Assembly (NCBI GenBank): GCA_964016885.1
Contig: OZ024741.1
Span: forward strand, 324,694,001-324,758,000
Reading direction: 5' to 3'
Length of the DNA stretch: 64,000 nt
Source of the DNA: Eledone cirrhosa
Taxonomy: Eukaryota
The notes beneath the pieces were generated by a model. It made no database searches, was not told the DNA's origin, and saw nothing but the letters and a program-made list of their open reading frames with translations. Positions within the stretch are counted from its first letter, which is position 1. Every line of letters starts with the position of its first letter. Shown here piece by piece: positions 13,949 to 28,302 of the stretch. The translations under genes and the position numbers were made by a program.

Positions 13949-14646
13949 CATACATTCAGATAAATACACATACTTTCACACAAAAACATTCAGACAAACA
14001 CACATTCACACATACTTTACACAAACACACACATACAGTCATGATACCGTTCGGTGAATTGGAAACGGGAGGGTAAAACAAGTATAACGTTTTATTTATT
14101 TATTAACAACACAGTTTAACTCTTTTTGTTTTAAACTCATTTGTATAAAAATTTAATATAATAGCCGGCTGTGGTGGGTTTCGGGATACTACTTTTAGAT
14201 GCGTCTCTGATCATCATAATCATCATCACCACCAACATCATTTTATTCTGCTATAACGCGATAGTGTTAGTGCCACAATATAATGCACCCAGTACATTGT
14301 AAACTGTAGTAACAATCATGGTTACAGAACGAAAACACAAACAAATATAATATATATGCTGTGGCTTTCACCCTTACCGCTGCATCCAGGATGTGGGAAG
14401 AAGCACGAGTCACTAACTGTGACGTCCCATTCACACAAATACACATACTTTCACACAAACACATACATACATTCACACAAACACACATTCACACATATAC
14501 ATTAACACAAACACACCCAAACAGCCATGATAACGTTCGGTGAATTGGAAACAGGAAGGTAAAAGTACAGTTTTTTTATTTATTTATTAACAACACAGTT
14601 TAACTTCTTTTTTTTAAACTCATTTATATAAAAATTTAATATAATG
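13949..14646. repeat. Direct duplication of about 210 bp
   Basis: 13955-14165 matches 14430-14646 (..catgata.cgttcggtgaattggaaac.gg..ttattaacaacacagtttaact..aaaatttaatataat). Confidence 0.8.
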
Positions 14647-14842
14647 ATTACAGAACGAAAACACTAACAAATATAATATATACAAAGGAAAGGGAAGGGA
14701 AAAAAAAGAAAGAGAAAATATACACAAGCACGTAATACCCACATCTTAGACCACATAGAACAATATGCAGTCGATAGAATGGAAAAAGAGACTCTACCAG
14801 AGCAAAAGATAACAATATAGCGAGGAACACTGGGAAACCTCT

Positions 14843-15290
14843 CTAATAATTTTTGAGGCAGACCAACACTCTCGCGGCGTTACTTGGGGTGATGGCGAGA
14901 CTGAGGTGCTGGAACAACCAAGTGCCTTCACGAGCATCACCAGCTATCTCTGTTTGGCGAGCCGCCAGTGAAGATAAGAACCTCGCTGTCAGTAGCCCGA
15001 CTCCCCCAAACGTCTCGAACGCCACAGGCTGGATAATGTAGTTAGCTGACAGAACATGGTATTTTAGGATTTTGTTCCGTTGAGTTGCGGATGCTGTAGC
15101 TCTCGCCCTTACTGCTGCATCCAGGATGTGGGAAGAAGCAAAAGAATCACTAACTGTGACGTTCCAGGTAAGGCACCTGCCTCCTGACCAGGAGCACAGA
15201 GTAAGACCGTCAAGTCTTTTCCCATCAATTCAGGACAACCCAGACAGTTCCAAAATTGAGGGGATGTTTGCCCGGACCAAAACTCTTGAG
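14843..15290 (-). mobile_element. CRE-like non-LTR retrotransposon remnant (restriction-like endonuclease C-terminus)
   Basis: Translation gives DGKRLDGLTLCSWSGGRCLTWNVTVSD and AFETFGGVG..FLSSLA..GDAREGTWLFQHLSLAI..NA. This matches the RLE tail I associate with CRE-clade elements. Confidence 0.7.
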
Positions 15291-15469
15291 TGGTAATAGG
15301 ACAGTGTGTGTATGTGCACACGCGAGTTTGTTGGTGTTCTTAAATTAGAGACAGGTGTGTGTGTGTCACTGTTTTTAAGTTAGAGACATATATGTGTGTA
15401 TCTCTTTCCTTCCTTTTACACACACATACATTCACACAAACACATTGTATGATGGACGAGTGGACAGAA

Positions 15470-16120
15470 ATTCCTCAAATTTAAATACATGTGAATGGAG
15501 TTCTACTGAAGCAGTTAGAGAAGTTCAAGTATCTAGGAGCCGTGTTCATGAGTGATGGAATGCAGGAGGCTAGAATTGCAAAAGCTGATGCAGTAATGCG
15601 CTAGCCTCAGCATTCAGCAATCAGAAGAAGGGGGTAGGTGTAAAAGTCAAACTCGCTGTCTTCCTGATATTCCTGCCAACTCTTACTGAGGATCGTGAAT
15701 CTTGAGTAATGACCAAAAGAATACAATTGCAAATAAAAGTGGCAAAATGGGATTCTCCCGAAGGGTCTTTGGAGTAACGTTACTCGATAAAGTGCATAGC
15801 TCAGAGACCAGAGAGTCACTCCTGGTAGAGCCGCTACCTCTCCCAATTGAGCGATCACAACTCCGATATTATGAGCATGTGGTTAGAATGTCTCAGTAAA
15901 GAAACGGTGGGCACATTTTATAGGCAAAACCAACCGTCAAGAGACCCAGAGGTAGACCCTGAGCAAGATAGTTGGATAACATCCATGAGCTTGGCTGGTC
16001 ACGCTTTGGGATCCAGCTGGATCAGTTAGAAATGTTTGCTACTGACAGACTCGCTGGAAGGAGTGTTTCAGAAGGACTCTGGCCCCACGACCCTCTCAGA
16101 AATAAGTGGGTGAAGAAGAA
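15470..16120 (+). mobile_element. RTE-clade LINE 3' remnant
   Basis: LKQLEKFKYLGAVFMSDG, RESLLVEPLPLPIERSQLRYYEHVVRM, and the tail ataagtgggtgaagaagaaga. Confidence 0.85.
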
Positions 16121-16251
16121 GATATTGTCAATTAACTTTTTAATTTATATATATATATTTGCGTATAATACCAATATGCACACTATATATGCTAGCAGAA
16201 AACCGGCCGAGGCCGGTTTTTCTGCTAGTATATATAACTATATAAATAAAG

Positions 16252-17265
<1,014 letters not shown>

Positions 17266-18202
17266 TTATTACTCCAAGCATAACCTACATAGAAATCACC
17301 GCGAACTCGCTGCATCACTATGGAAGCGTCTTGTTGAGTCAAACTAAGCCATACGTTAAAACCATCCACAACACGGAGTAATCTAACTGGACTTCCTCTA
17401 AGTGGATTGCCTATAACGATAACTTGTTATCCCGTATATATATATATGTGTGTGTGTGTATGTATGTATATCTTTATATAGTTATATTGTTTCTTATAGC
17501 TAACAATATATTTACTAATTTATTAGTAAATATGAGTACAAAACTATGAGTATGTTTGTATATTTCTGTATATATATGTGTGTTTTTCATATACGCGCAT
17601 AATATATGTGTCTTAATTTATACATGTCTTTCTTTGTGTGTATGTGTATATATGCTAGCACGTATCTGCTTCCACGTACGTTTATCCTATGCGGACGATT
17701 ATTTCCCATTTGAGAATATTTTCTATATAAAAAAAATGAATAAATATAAAAATTAAAATGTGTGAAACGAAAATGAAAGTCGACCTAACAGACAACAATT
17801 TATATCAAATGACAAACAGACGACAATGGGAAAATGGCGCCATCGAATAAAAAAACAAACATTGATTCCGACATATTAATAAAGGACATTCGAAAAGAGA
17901 CATAAAAACTTGAATATAAATGAATTGTTTATATTAGTTTGATTGCATTTTTCTTTAGTGTTTAACGGACAATAGAATATTAGGCTATTGCTTCAAATTA
18001 GTCCGTCTTGTTGGTGTTATGTTTCAACAGCCGGTTCGGGATTTTAACAGTAAATAGTCAGAACAGGCAAATCTATGTAAGACTATCGAAATGGTGATTA
18101 ATCTTTTCTATCACAATTTATGGCTCATCATTTTCTCTCTCAACCTCCGATATCCAGCTTTTTCGTTCTCTCCTTCTCTTTAGATATATATTTCTCAATT
18201 CA

Positions 18203-18268
<66 letters not shown>

Positions 18269-18272
18269 CATA

Positions 18273-18381
<109 letters not shown>

Positions 18382-18676
18382 CATATATATAGTTCAAGGA
18401 AACGACAAACATTCTTATTAGTTTCACGCTTTATATGCTTTATATATTCACTCTAACTCGAATAATAATAATAATATTTGATTCGTTTGCAAGCAAACAG
18501 CCTTCTAAAGCTATCTGTTTTAGACGACTATCCTTATCCTTTTGTTCTCGAATGTTATTATTATTATTACATATATATATATATATATATGTGCCAACAC
18601 AAGAGCAAGAATCACGGAGTCATTCTACTGACAAAGCTTAAAAGACAGTTTGCATAATTGCAAACGAATCGAATAT

Positions 18677-18860
18677 TGGCAATATCGGTAGAGGGTCGGA
18701 CGCCATGCTTTGACACATAGAGTTACGGCCCTTGCCATTCTGAGTTCAAATCCCGCCAAGGTTAACTTTGTCTTTCATCCTTACGCGGTCGATAAAATAA
18801 AGTACCAGTAATGCACTGGGTAATTGCTGGCCTTGTGCCTAAAGTAGAAGCAATTATTAA
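18677..18860 (+). mobile_element. tRNA-derived SINE
   Basis: A-box-like tggcaatatcggtaga, B-box gagttcaaatcc, body actttg.ctttcatcc..gtcgataaaataaagtaccag, tail tgctggccttgtgcctaa. Near-identical to 46660-46851. Confidence 0.85.
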
Positions 18861-18961
18861 TATTCGAAAAACTTAGATTTACACTTCTTGTATTCAGCCT
18901 TGTAGAACGATAAAACTATTTGTTACACACACACACATACACATACACACACACACGCACA

Positions 18962-19007
<46 letters not shown>

Positions 19008-19104
19008 TTTATATATCTGAATATGTGTCTATTCTGAAAATCACATACATACATGTATGTGTATGTGTGTTTATGCGTGTGTGCATCCATGTGTTTCAGT
19101 GCTA

Positions 19105-19153
<49 letters not shown>

Positions 19154-20001
19154 TACACGGGTGTGTATGATTGTGTATAGAAGATTATATTAATAAAAGG
19201 AATTCCAACTTTGTCTGATTTACTCGTTTTATTTACAATCCTTTAAAATTTATAATGGTATTTGAATGAAATAGTATGGTAGAATATTAAATGTTAAGTG
19301 TTAATTTAATAAGTACTTTCATGCTTTCGCAATCTTCAGGTTCATAATGTGTGGTGACAGTCAAGTTTGCAATTTTCAACTGTATATATATATAATCCAT
19401 GAACAACACGAACACAGAGATTCAAAAAACAAAGTCATTATTAGTTTCATGGCCCAACGTGCCGGATGTTAGTCCTTCAACAGAAAATTACAAATGAAGG
19501 AGAAAGAATATATATACACATTTCTATGTATGTACAGTGTTCTTGTTTAACATATGATGAGACGTTCCATAGTTTTTATGTATAGCTTATAAGAAGGTTC
19601 GTTATACTGCATGTGATGTGATTGTGTTTGTGTCTGTTTGTGAGTAGTTTTGTGTGTTTGTGTGTTTGTGTCTATTTTTTGTGTGTTTGTGTGTTTGTGT
19701 CTATTTTGTGTGAAAAGATAGTTGGTTGTACCACATGTAATATGATGGTTAGAAAGATGATTGAAGCAATGGAAGATGAAGAGATATTTCTGTGTAAATT
19801 ATTCACTGATGCTGATTCTTCTGGTGGTGGTGGTGGTGGCATTTGTGGTGGTGATGGCAGTGCTGTTGCTATTGTTGTTGCTACTCTGTCAGTTCCCTTC
19901 AGACAATGAAACTTAATCTTCTCTACTTAGTTGAGCACTTTCTACAATCTGAATGGAAGATCAATTGCCGACTCATCATCGACCATGGCCGCTACGATGA
20001 C

Positions 20002-20064
<63 letters not shown>

Positions 20065-21003
20065 ACAAAAGAACGAGGCCACTACGCGATTGCTGGGGAT
20101 AATAGAAATAGCAGCTAATTCTTCCTCGAATCACACCTTACAGACTTATGTTCGTATGAGCTAATGGTAACTAGACCTGTTAAGAGTAGCACTCAAATCT
20201 CCCTCAAAATAAATAAAGGTGCTCTGTTTGGGAGCTACTTGTATGTATGTATGTATAAGTCAATGTAGTAGACCTTCCTCTACATAGTAGCTAGATTTGT
20301 CAGAAATACCAACCAATTTCCCCCTCAAAATACACCGTAATATATTATCTATGTATATACTAACGAAGACTAATCTCTACATTTTGGTTAAACCTGATAG
20401 AAATAGTAACCAAATCGTCCTCAAACATTAGTCCCTCGAGGTCTGAAAGAATTGCCAGAACATTGTAAATTTATTTCCTTATTCTGAAATTGATAAAATA
20501 AAGTACCAGTAATACACTGGAGTGATTTCTGGCCTTGTGCCTAATGTAGCAACAATTATTTAATATTGATAATGCCATAGGATTTCTACAACTAGGAATT
20601 GCGAAAGAAAAAGTTTTTTTTATAATATAAATTCGTCAGCGTATTTATCATATACATCATTGAATTGAAAAAAAACACCCCCAACGGTATATTATTGTAC
20701 CAATAATATACCGTTCAAACCTCTCCAAACGTGGTCACCCTCACTGATTTCGTTTACCACATTGCACTCACAAAGCGTTCAGGTAAATATTTATTATATT
20801 ACACACGTATTTGAGACAGGTGTAAAAACATCATGTAAATAATTTGATAAATTTCTTTAGAATTTTGAAAGCGAATTTACGTTTTTCCTACGATCATTTT
20901 GTGTTTAGAACGAATCTGACCTTAATACCGTTACAAATTATTCGTTATGTCTCCCACCAACCCCCAAATTTCATAACACCCATTTCGTAGAAGTATATAA
21001 TAA

Positions 21004-21085
21004 GGATTTCTAATTTAGGCACAAGACCAGCAATTTTGGAAAGAGATTAAAGCCGATTATATCGACCCCAGTACTTCGATGGTAC
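21004..21085 (-). mobile_element. SINE 3' fragment (same family)
   Basis: Reverse complement of gtacca..tactggggtcgat..ttgctggtcttgtgcctaaattagaaa. Another tail fragment lies at about 20486-20562 (+). Confidence 0.65.
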
Positions 21086-22180
21086 ACAGGGCCGGACTTT
21101 CATCTGCTGATGCCCTTAGCTATATGAAATTTGAGACCCTAATTTTTATGATTTAGTGTTAATGAATAGAAAATTAATAATAGAATGAAAACATTTATTT
21201 CAAATATAGCAGCCCTACCTACCTTGAGGTAGGGCGATATACACACTTGAAGGCAGTCATCCATATTCGCTTCCTACAGCTCACTTCCACAGTCTAGCAG
21301 TCCTTCTTTGTCGGACATGGTTGCCACTGTTGTTATTATTAATACCAATGTAATTATAACAGACTACTATTGTGGTTAATTATTATTCTGCACTGAGATT
21401 ATTGCTGGCCTTGTGCCTTAGGGTGGAAGCGATGATTGTTATGATTATTATGTTAGTACTATTATTAAAGTAAGAATTTATTTACAGCGACCACCACCAC
21501 CAGGCCTTTTTTGTTGGCGTCGCCGCCGTGGCGGGTTTATTACTGGTGTTGCTGTTGTTGTTGGTAGTGTTCCCGCTGCCTGGCTCAAGGATGTACTCGC
21601 TGTCGCTATCTGGGTACTAATATCACTACTACTGCGACGACCAGTGTGGGCGATGGGGTACTGTTGCCGTTGTTGCTGCTGTTGTTATCGTTGTCGTTGC
21701 TGTTGTCTTGAGGATGGTTTCCATCAAATGTGTATATCGCCCTTCCTCAGAGTTCCGTTTATTGCTTCCACTATCTGCTGGATTCTAGCTACGCATAGAG
21801 TATAGACTAGCGTTTGGTACGAATCAACACAACACACTTCAGGGGTTACCCTTTTGGTGATTTATCACCCTAATTCCGTAGGGGGTGCGTGAATCCTGAT
21901 TTCGCTAATTGACACATGGATAGCACTTTGCTCCAGTAAACACGACAGCTAGGAGACCCTTTCAGGAACTCATATGTCTGTTGGACGCACGAGCAAAAGG
22001 ACGTGTTTTTCCTGTCGGCGGCATATCACAAAATCGAATTTCATCTGAGGCTACCGTTCTCATAACAACAAGAAATGCATGAAATTACGTCTTGAAATTA
22101 CATCTTGATTGCATGAGAGAACCGTTGAAATAGTTATAATGAATAAACGATTTATGTAACATCAGCATCTTTATTAATGT

Positions 22181-22265
<85 letters not shown>

Positions 22266-22404
22266 ATGCAAAGACCAAAATCCGAAGAGGACTTGTTTGT
22301 GTGAAAGATCATGTTTAGGGTGAAACCAGTAATTTATTGCTGAAACTTTTAATCTGTACTAATAATATACATATATGTATATATATATGTGTGTGCGCGC
22401 CCGC

Positions 22405-22450
<46 letters not shown>

Positions 22451-22696
22451 AAGCTGAATATGGTGCAGTGGAGATTTGATGTGCTTTTTCATAGTTGACC
22501 TGGAGCCAAATAATATCATCATGATTATTACTAACGATAAAAACAGCAATAATAACAAAAGCTATATAAAAATTTACACGAATATATTCTTTAGAATAAT
22601 TTTACGCACATTCAAGACCAAGTATCAGCGAATTACCGCCCTTGTTAAAGCTAAGAAAGATAACTCTATGTAATAGTATAAGCATTTAATTCCCTT

Positions 22697-22850
22697 ATTG
22701 GCAGAATCGTTGGAATGCTGGGCAAAATACTTTCCAGGGTTTAATTATGGCTCTTTGCAATCTATATGCAAATGCCGCCAAGGTTTACTTTTATCCATGC
22801 AGGGATGCAAAAATAACGTGCCAGTCACGTACTAGGGTCGATATAATTGA
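22697..22850 (+). mobile_element. tRNA-derived SINE, degenerate
   Basis: tggcagaatcgttggaa..gcaaatgccgccaaggtttacttt..gtgccagtcacgtactagggtcgat. Confidence 0.65.
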
Positions 22851-22861
22851 CTCCTCACAAG

Positions 22862-24540
22862 TTGTACTGGTCTACAATGAGACCAAACCAGTTGATCTTT
22901 ACTAATTTGTGAACGCTAAGTTAGAAAATGATACTCGTTGTTTGAAGTTTAGTTCTAGTTTTCGAGGTTTAGCTCAAAGTCGAGTTTTCCGTTTTATATA
23001 TAAATTAGAGAAAGGCTCTCGGGGGATTGGGATTGTAAGAGACTGTCAGTTTTTGTAGGACCAAACTATTAAGGAAATATGAGCAAATACTTTCTTACTA
23101 ATAACAATGACTGTTAATATTTGTTTTTTACTAAACATATATGATGATCAAAGGAAACTAAATGAACGTGAACATTAACCAAAACTCGTCTTTGTCAAGT
23201 AAAATCACTACGCATGGTTGAATTCAATTGTATGATGCAATCATTGCTCATGATACATCACCTAGGAATTGCCAACTGTTTTAAAGTAGTATTATGCAAT
23301 AATGTTTCCATATTGTATCATTCTAATAATTTACCTTCTCTCAATCAAATCTTACAGTATTTTAGAACTGTTTACAATTTATCGGGACATGGTTTACTAT
23401 TACAACCTGAGTTTTCATGTCCTGTACTTGTGTAAACAGTCCGAACAATGTGTGTTACATTTGTGGCAAAATAAACTTTACTGCACAAAAGAGAACAATG
23501 ACAATTGATAGAAGTGCCTATCATCTATATTTTAGATGCAAAATGAATGACCAAGATTAACATTGGGCCCCACATGTTTGTCAATTCACTTGTTCAACAA
23601 ACCTTTGCTAATGGTTTTAGCAGACATGAAAATCTATGCTTTTGCATTGCCAATGATTTGGCATTCACAAACCAATCAGTTAAATGATTGTTACTTCTGT
23701 ATTGCATAACCAGTCGGGAAAAGACTTAAAAGGAAGAAAAGAGTAAATGTTGATTATCTTGATATCCTTTGTGCCAGACGCCTAGTAGCGCACAACGAAG
23801 AATTACCAACACCTGTGCCTCTAGAAATAATCCCTAAAGGATTTTGAAGTACAGTTTGCAGCTTCAACATCAAACAATCCAGTCTTTGCTTCAAGGTATC
23901 CAACAAAATACCACACAAAGTAAGACAAAGGGAACTAAATGATCATGTCCGAGATTTAGAACTGCTAAAGAATGAAGTGGAATTGTTGGTCTGAAGGTTA
24001 CACCAATGAAATTTGCTTGCTGGTGATGCTAGAGTATGCATACTTAGATATCGTGATAAAAATGTTTGGTCATTTTTTTAACAAATGGGCTTATGACGGC
24101 TTTATCCATTGACCACCAACCTGAACAGTGGTGATTATTCGTTGCCTGATCCAAAGTTAGCCATAAAGTAGTTTTACTGTACATAGCCAATGAGCTACCA
24201 TTCAATCCGGCTGGACATGCTGTTGATATGAAACATAGGAGAATTTGAGAGCACTTCTGATCTGTATAAAGTACAATAAATAGCAGTAGAAGATCAGTGG
24301 TAAGTTAATGGGGGTGGCTTTGTTGATGGAATCACAATTAGCTAGACAACATACTGTTGTCAGATGTGATGAGTCTAGTTTTCCAATTAGTGGAGAGTAT
24401 CATCAAACAGGAAGTGCTTGAACCATGGTCACTGGGCAGTAAAAATGCTAGAATATGTACTCTGGAACATTCAATTTAAAGTATATGTAAAGAACTGAAA
24501 TGCGATACATCCGAGTTATGTTATATTTTATTTTATGACT
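22862..24540 (+). mobile_element. Decayed DNA transposon, probably Chapaev3 (CMC)-like transposase remnant
   Basis: Broken translations include DQD..WAPH(V)C, NDCYFC, ELNDHVRDLELLKNEVELL and KVVLL..ANELP..PAGHAV.MK. The family assignment is from recalled motifs, not a search. Confidence 0.6.
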
Positions 24541-24848
24541 ACACATACACATTGATGTATGCATATATATTTATAGATAGGTAGACGGACAGATAGATAG
24601 ATAGATATGTTTCTTTATTAGCCACAGGGGCACAAAAGAAGGGGACAAATACAAAGGGGGAAGTTTACATACAATAAAAACGTGTAAAATGTTATCACAA
24701 ATGCAATTTAAAAAATTAGTCGATTTTCCCCAATAGGGGGAGACAGTTCATCTGGGTAACACATACCCCCGCAAAAAAATGTGCAACCCTCATCTCCAGG
24801 AGTACGAAGAGTTTGTACTCCTTTCCTCTCCTCCTCCTTTTCCTCAAC

Positions 24849-27800
24849 CTACAGGCTGATATAGAGAGAAGGTCCATTCACTCGGGCCATTCTCGCCACT
24901 TTCACCCACCTTTCATAAAACTTACTGGGGTACAGCACCTCTCTCTCCATCCTGATTCTTCTTCCAAAGTGGTATTTGAAAAAATGAATCAGTTGTTGGC
25001 CGGAGAGAAAGGTGTCTGACCTCAGCCCTTTCAACCTTGTCCACCATACAACCTCTTTCGCCATAGCTATCACACAAAGGAAACCCGCCTCTCCTTCGTT
25101 TTTGAAGGAGGGTGGCGGTTTGATCACGACAATGGACTCGGTGGTCAACCGGATTGGTCCCACCCGCGACAATACTCGTTCTACATAGCCCCACAGGTCA
25201 GTGACGCCCGAGAAGTGTATGAATGCGTGAGCGACGGTTTCTTCGTTACGCACGCACCTCGGACAGATCTTTTTTGCAGGGTCCTTGCCCGGGCGCCCAT
25301 GTCTGTAGAGCTTGTCTCGAACTGGTAGAGCTCCTCGGTAGCACTGCCAGGCCAGGGACTTTTGGAAGGTGTCCATCGGTCCCGGGCGGAAGGTCCTACC
25401 GAACAGACTGGCCAGTTCATCTTCCTCTACGCCTAGAGTTTCACCGAGCGCGTCGTCGCACTTGCTGCGGATCAACGCTCTATAGAATGACGAAGTGGAG
25501 TCTCCACTGATCGCCGGGTCCGCCTGCTAGAGGGCTGTGAGCGCCTGAGCACATTCGATGTGCCAGTCGCCCATTTTCCTCGGTCTTTTCTTGCCCCAGG
25601 ACTGCAGCTCGGTCAGCGAGACGAGTCGTGGGAAGGCTCGCCTCACGAACGGGGCCCACACCTGTTGTCCGGTGAGGAATACGTAGAGATGCCGCAGTCT
25701 GAGCGCGTGTTTGCGCATCGTCAACCACGGCATCCCCAGTCCTCCGTTAGAAGGGTGTTGGCAGCAGATGGATCTTCTCACCAAAGGAGCCTGCCTCTTC
25801 CAAAGGAATTGGAAGGGCGCGCGCTCCATTTTGGAGAGCGTTTTGGCTGGACAAGGCACGACGGTCAAGCGGTAGTAGATGGCGGACGCTATAAAAGTGT
25901 TCGCCACCTCCGCTCGACCTTTCAAGGATAGTTTGCACTCGGCCCACTTCTGGGTGAGTGCAAACACCTTGGCCGTCACTTCGTTCCAGTTCTTCTCAAC
26001 CTGGAGGTCCGGACCAAACCAGACCCCGAGCAGCTTTACCGGTCCTTCCGTCCAGCGTGCGACGACGCTATCGGAAGGCATCAGTTTGCCTCTCCACGAT
26101 CCGAGTTGCAAACCGATGGACTTGTCCCGGTTCAGCTTTGCTCCTGTGAAGCTTTCGTATTCCTTCAGTATGGTGCCGACTTCCTCGATTTGCGAGGCGC
26201 TCGAGACCATTACTGTCACGTCGTCGACGTAGGCCGACGCCGCTTTCTGCAGTCCCGGTTCCAGAGGGATGCCCTGCAATAGATCCAACTTCCGAAGTGG
26301 TGGCTCGAGAGTCAGTACGTACAGAAGAGAGGAGAGAGGGCATCCCTGTCGAATGGATCGCGTAATATGGAACGGCTCCGAGAGGTAGCCGTTCACCTTG
26401 ACCCTTGAGCAGATGTTGCTGTTGTGCATTGCAGCAATCCAGCCTCTGAACACGGGTCCGAATCCTGCCGCCTCGAGCACCGCATCCAGGTAACGATGGT
26501 CAACCCTATCGAAAGCCTTAGACTGATTCAAGTTGATCAGGGCCCCACCGAAGCCGGGTTTACACCCTAACCTCTCTATGATGTATCGCATGAGGTGGAG
26601 GTTGTCGTGTATAGACCTGGTCGGGATTGAACATGTCTGCGCTTCTCCCACCAGGTTCTCGACGACAAGGGCCAGCCTCTTTGCCAACACCTTGGCCAAA
26701 ATCTGTAACTCTGTGTTTAGCAGAGTTATGGGCCGGAAGTTGCCTATGTCATCCCCCTTATTCTCGTCCTTCCTGATTAGTGTGACCACGCCCCCGGTTA
26801 CAGAACTGGAAATTCTCCCGTTCTGTTGCCAGTTGCAGTAGACCGCTTCCAGGAGACCGGAGAATAAGTCCGGCATTGCTACGTAAAATTCGTAGGGTAG
26901 ACCGTCGAGACCTGGAGATTTGCGTTTGCCGTAATGGCTCAGCGCGTCCCCTATCTCAGCGGCTGAAATCGGCTTTTCGCAGAACTTTGCCTCGCTGTCC
27001 GAGAGTCGCGGTAGGCCGTCGAGATATGGACCGAAATCCATAGCCCCTCCCGGCGCGCCGCCCCGCCCGAACAGTTGAGCAAAGTGCCGCTGAAAGGCCG
27101 CACACATCTGCTTCGGCTCACGTATCACACGTCCGTTTTGGTCCTTCAAAGACCGAATCGTGTACTTGTTGCCACTTTTTGCCTCCGTCACTCGAGCCCA
27201 GCTAACAGCTTTGGCTCCCTCGTTTCCCAGAGCACGTATTTTGCTTCTGACAACGCAGCCCTCAGGCTTTGCGTCGAATAACTGGTCCAAAGCCGTTCTC
27301 GTTGCTAGCACGCTGGCTACGTTGCCACTTTTAATTGCCTCTTCTACTTTATCTACCAGTTCCTTCTCGGTTCTATTTCTATCTAACGCTAATTCTTTAC
27401 TAAAATCTAACGAGTCTAATCTAACTGCCCTCTTGAGAGAGTACCACCATCTGTTGTTGACAATGGCCCCTGTCAAGTGCTGTTTAACTAAAGTGCTAAT
27501 CCGTCTACTGTAGGCTCTGCTTGTCGGTAACGACAAGTTCAGCTTCCAGTAGCCGGGTCCTTGTCTATGGGTTCTATCAAGGTTGGCCATGCAGGTCACT
27601 AGTTTGTGATCTGAATAGGCAACCATGAACATTTGTGGACAGCTTAACATGTCCCTATCCTTATTTCTAACTAGAACTCTATCTAGGTACGATCTAGATG
27701 TTCCGCTACGATTAGTCCACGTCCACAGTGGCACAGTCGGAAAATCTAGTCGATTTCTATCGGCCAGGTCAAATCGGTCGATTAACTGTTTGAGGCTGTT

Positions 27801-28287
27801 ACACCCCCCTTTTTCGGGACATGCTCCCACATAGTCCCAAAGTGCATCTAGGATTCCATTCCAGTCCCCCCACTAAAAGCAAGGAGCGGGACGTTCCCAG
27901 AAAAGTCTCTAGGCGTTTGAAGAAGTCTGGCGGTGGTGTCACAGATGGGGCATATGCAGCCACCAGCCTGAAGGCTCCACCTTCACTACCGTCAACGTCT
28001 AGGACCACCAGTCGACCCTCCGGGTCCAGATGTATCGTCTGTGTTACGAAGCCCAGGTGTTTCCGCAGCAAAACGGCAACTCCGCCCCAACCCCCTGGTT
28101 GACAGAGAGATGCGTAGATCTCAAAGTCATCGAAGATGGGGGCCAGCTGTCGCTCGCTGTGGATCCTGGACTCGCAAATGGCTACCACATCCATACTGTG
28201 CGACCTGAGGTCGTTTAAGAGTTTGCCCTGTTTCCAGGGCATCCCCAGGCCGCGTACGTTCACACATCCAACTCTTATATTGGCCAT
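24849..28287 (-). pseudogene. LINE ORF2 (APE endonuclease + reverse transcriptase + zf-RVT-like), frameshifted
   Basis: ORFs 27799-28287 (NVRGL), 25527-27830 (SDH, SPGLDGLP, FRPITLLN, KAFDRVDH, RQGCPLS, YVDD) and 24849-25475 (CPRC..ETVAHAF). Confidence 0.93.
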
Positions 28288-28302
28288 GTTGGTGCTGAAA
28301 AG

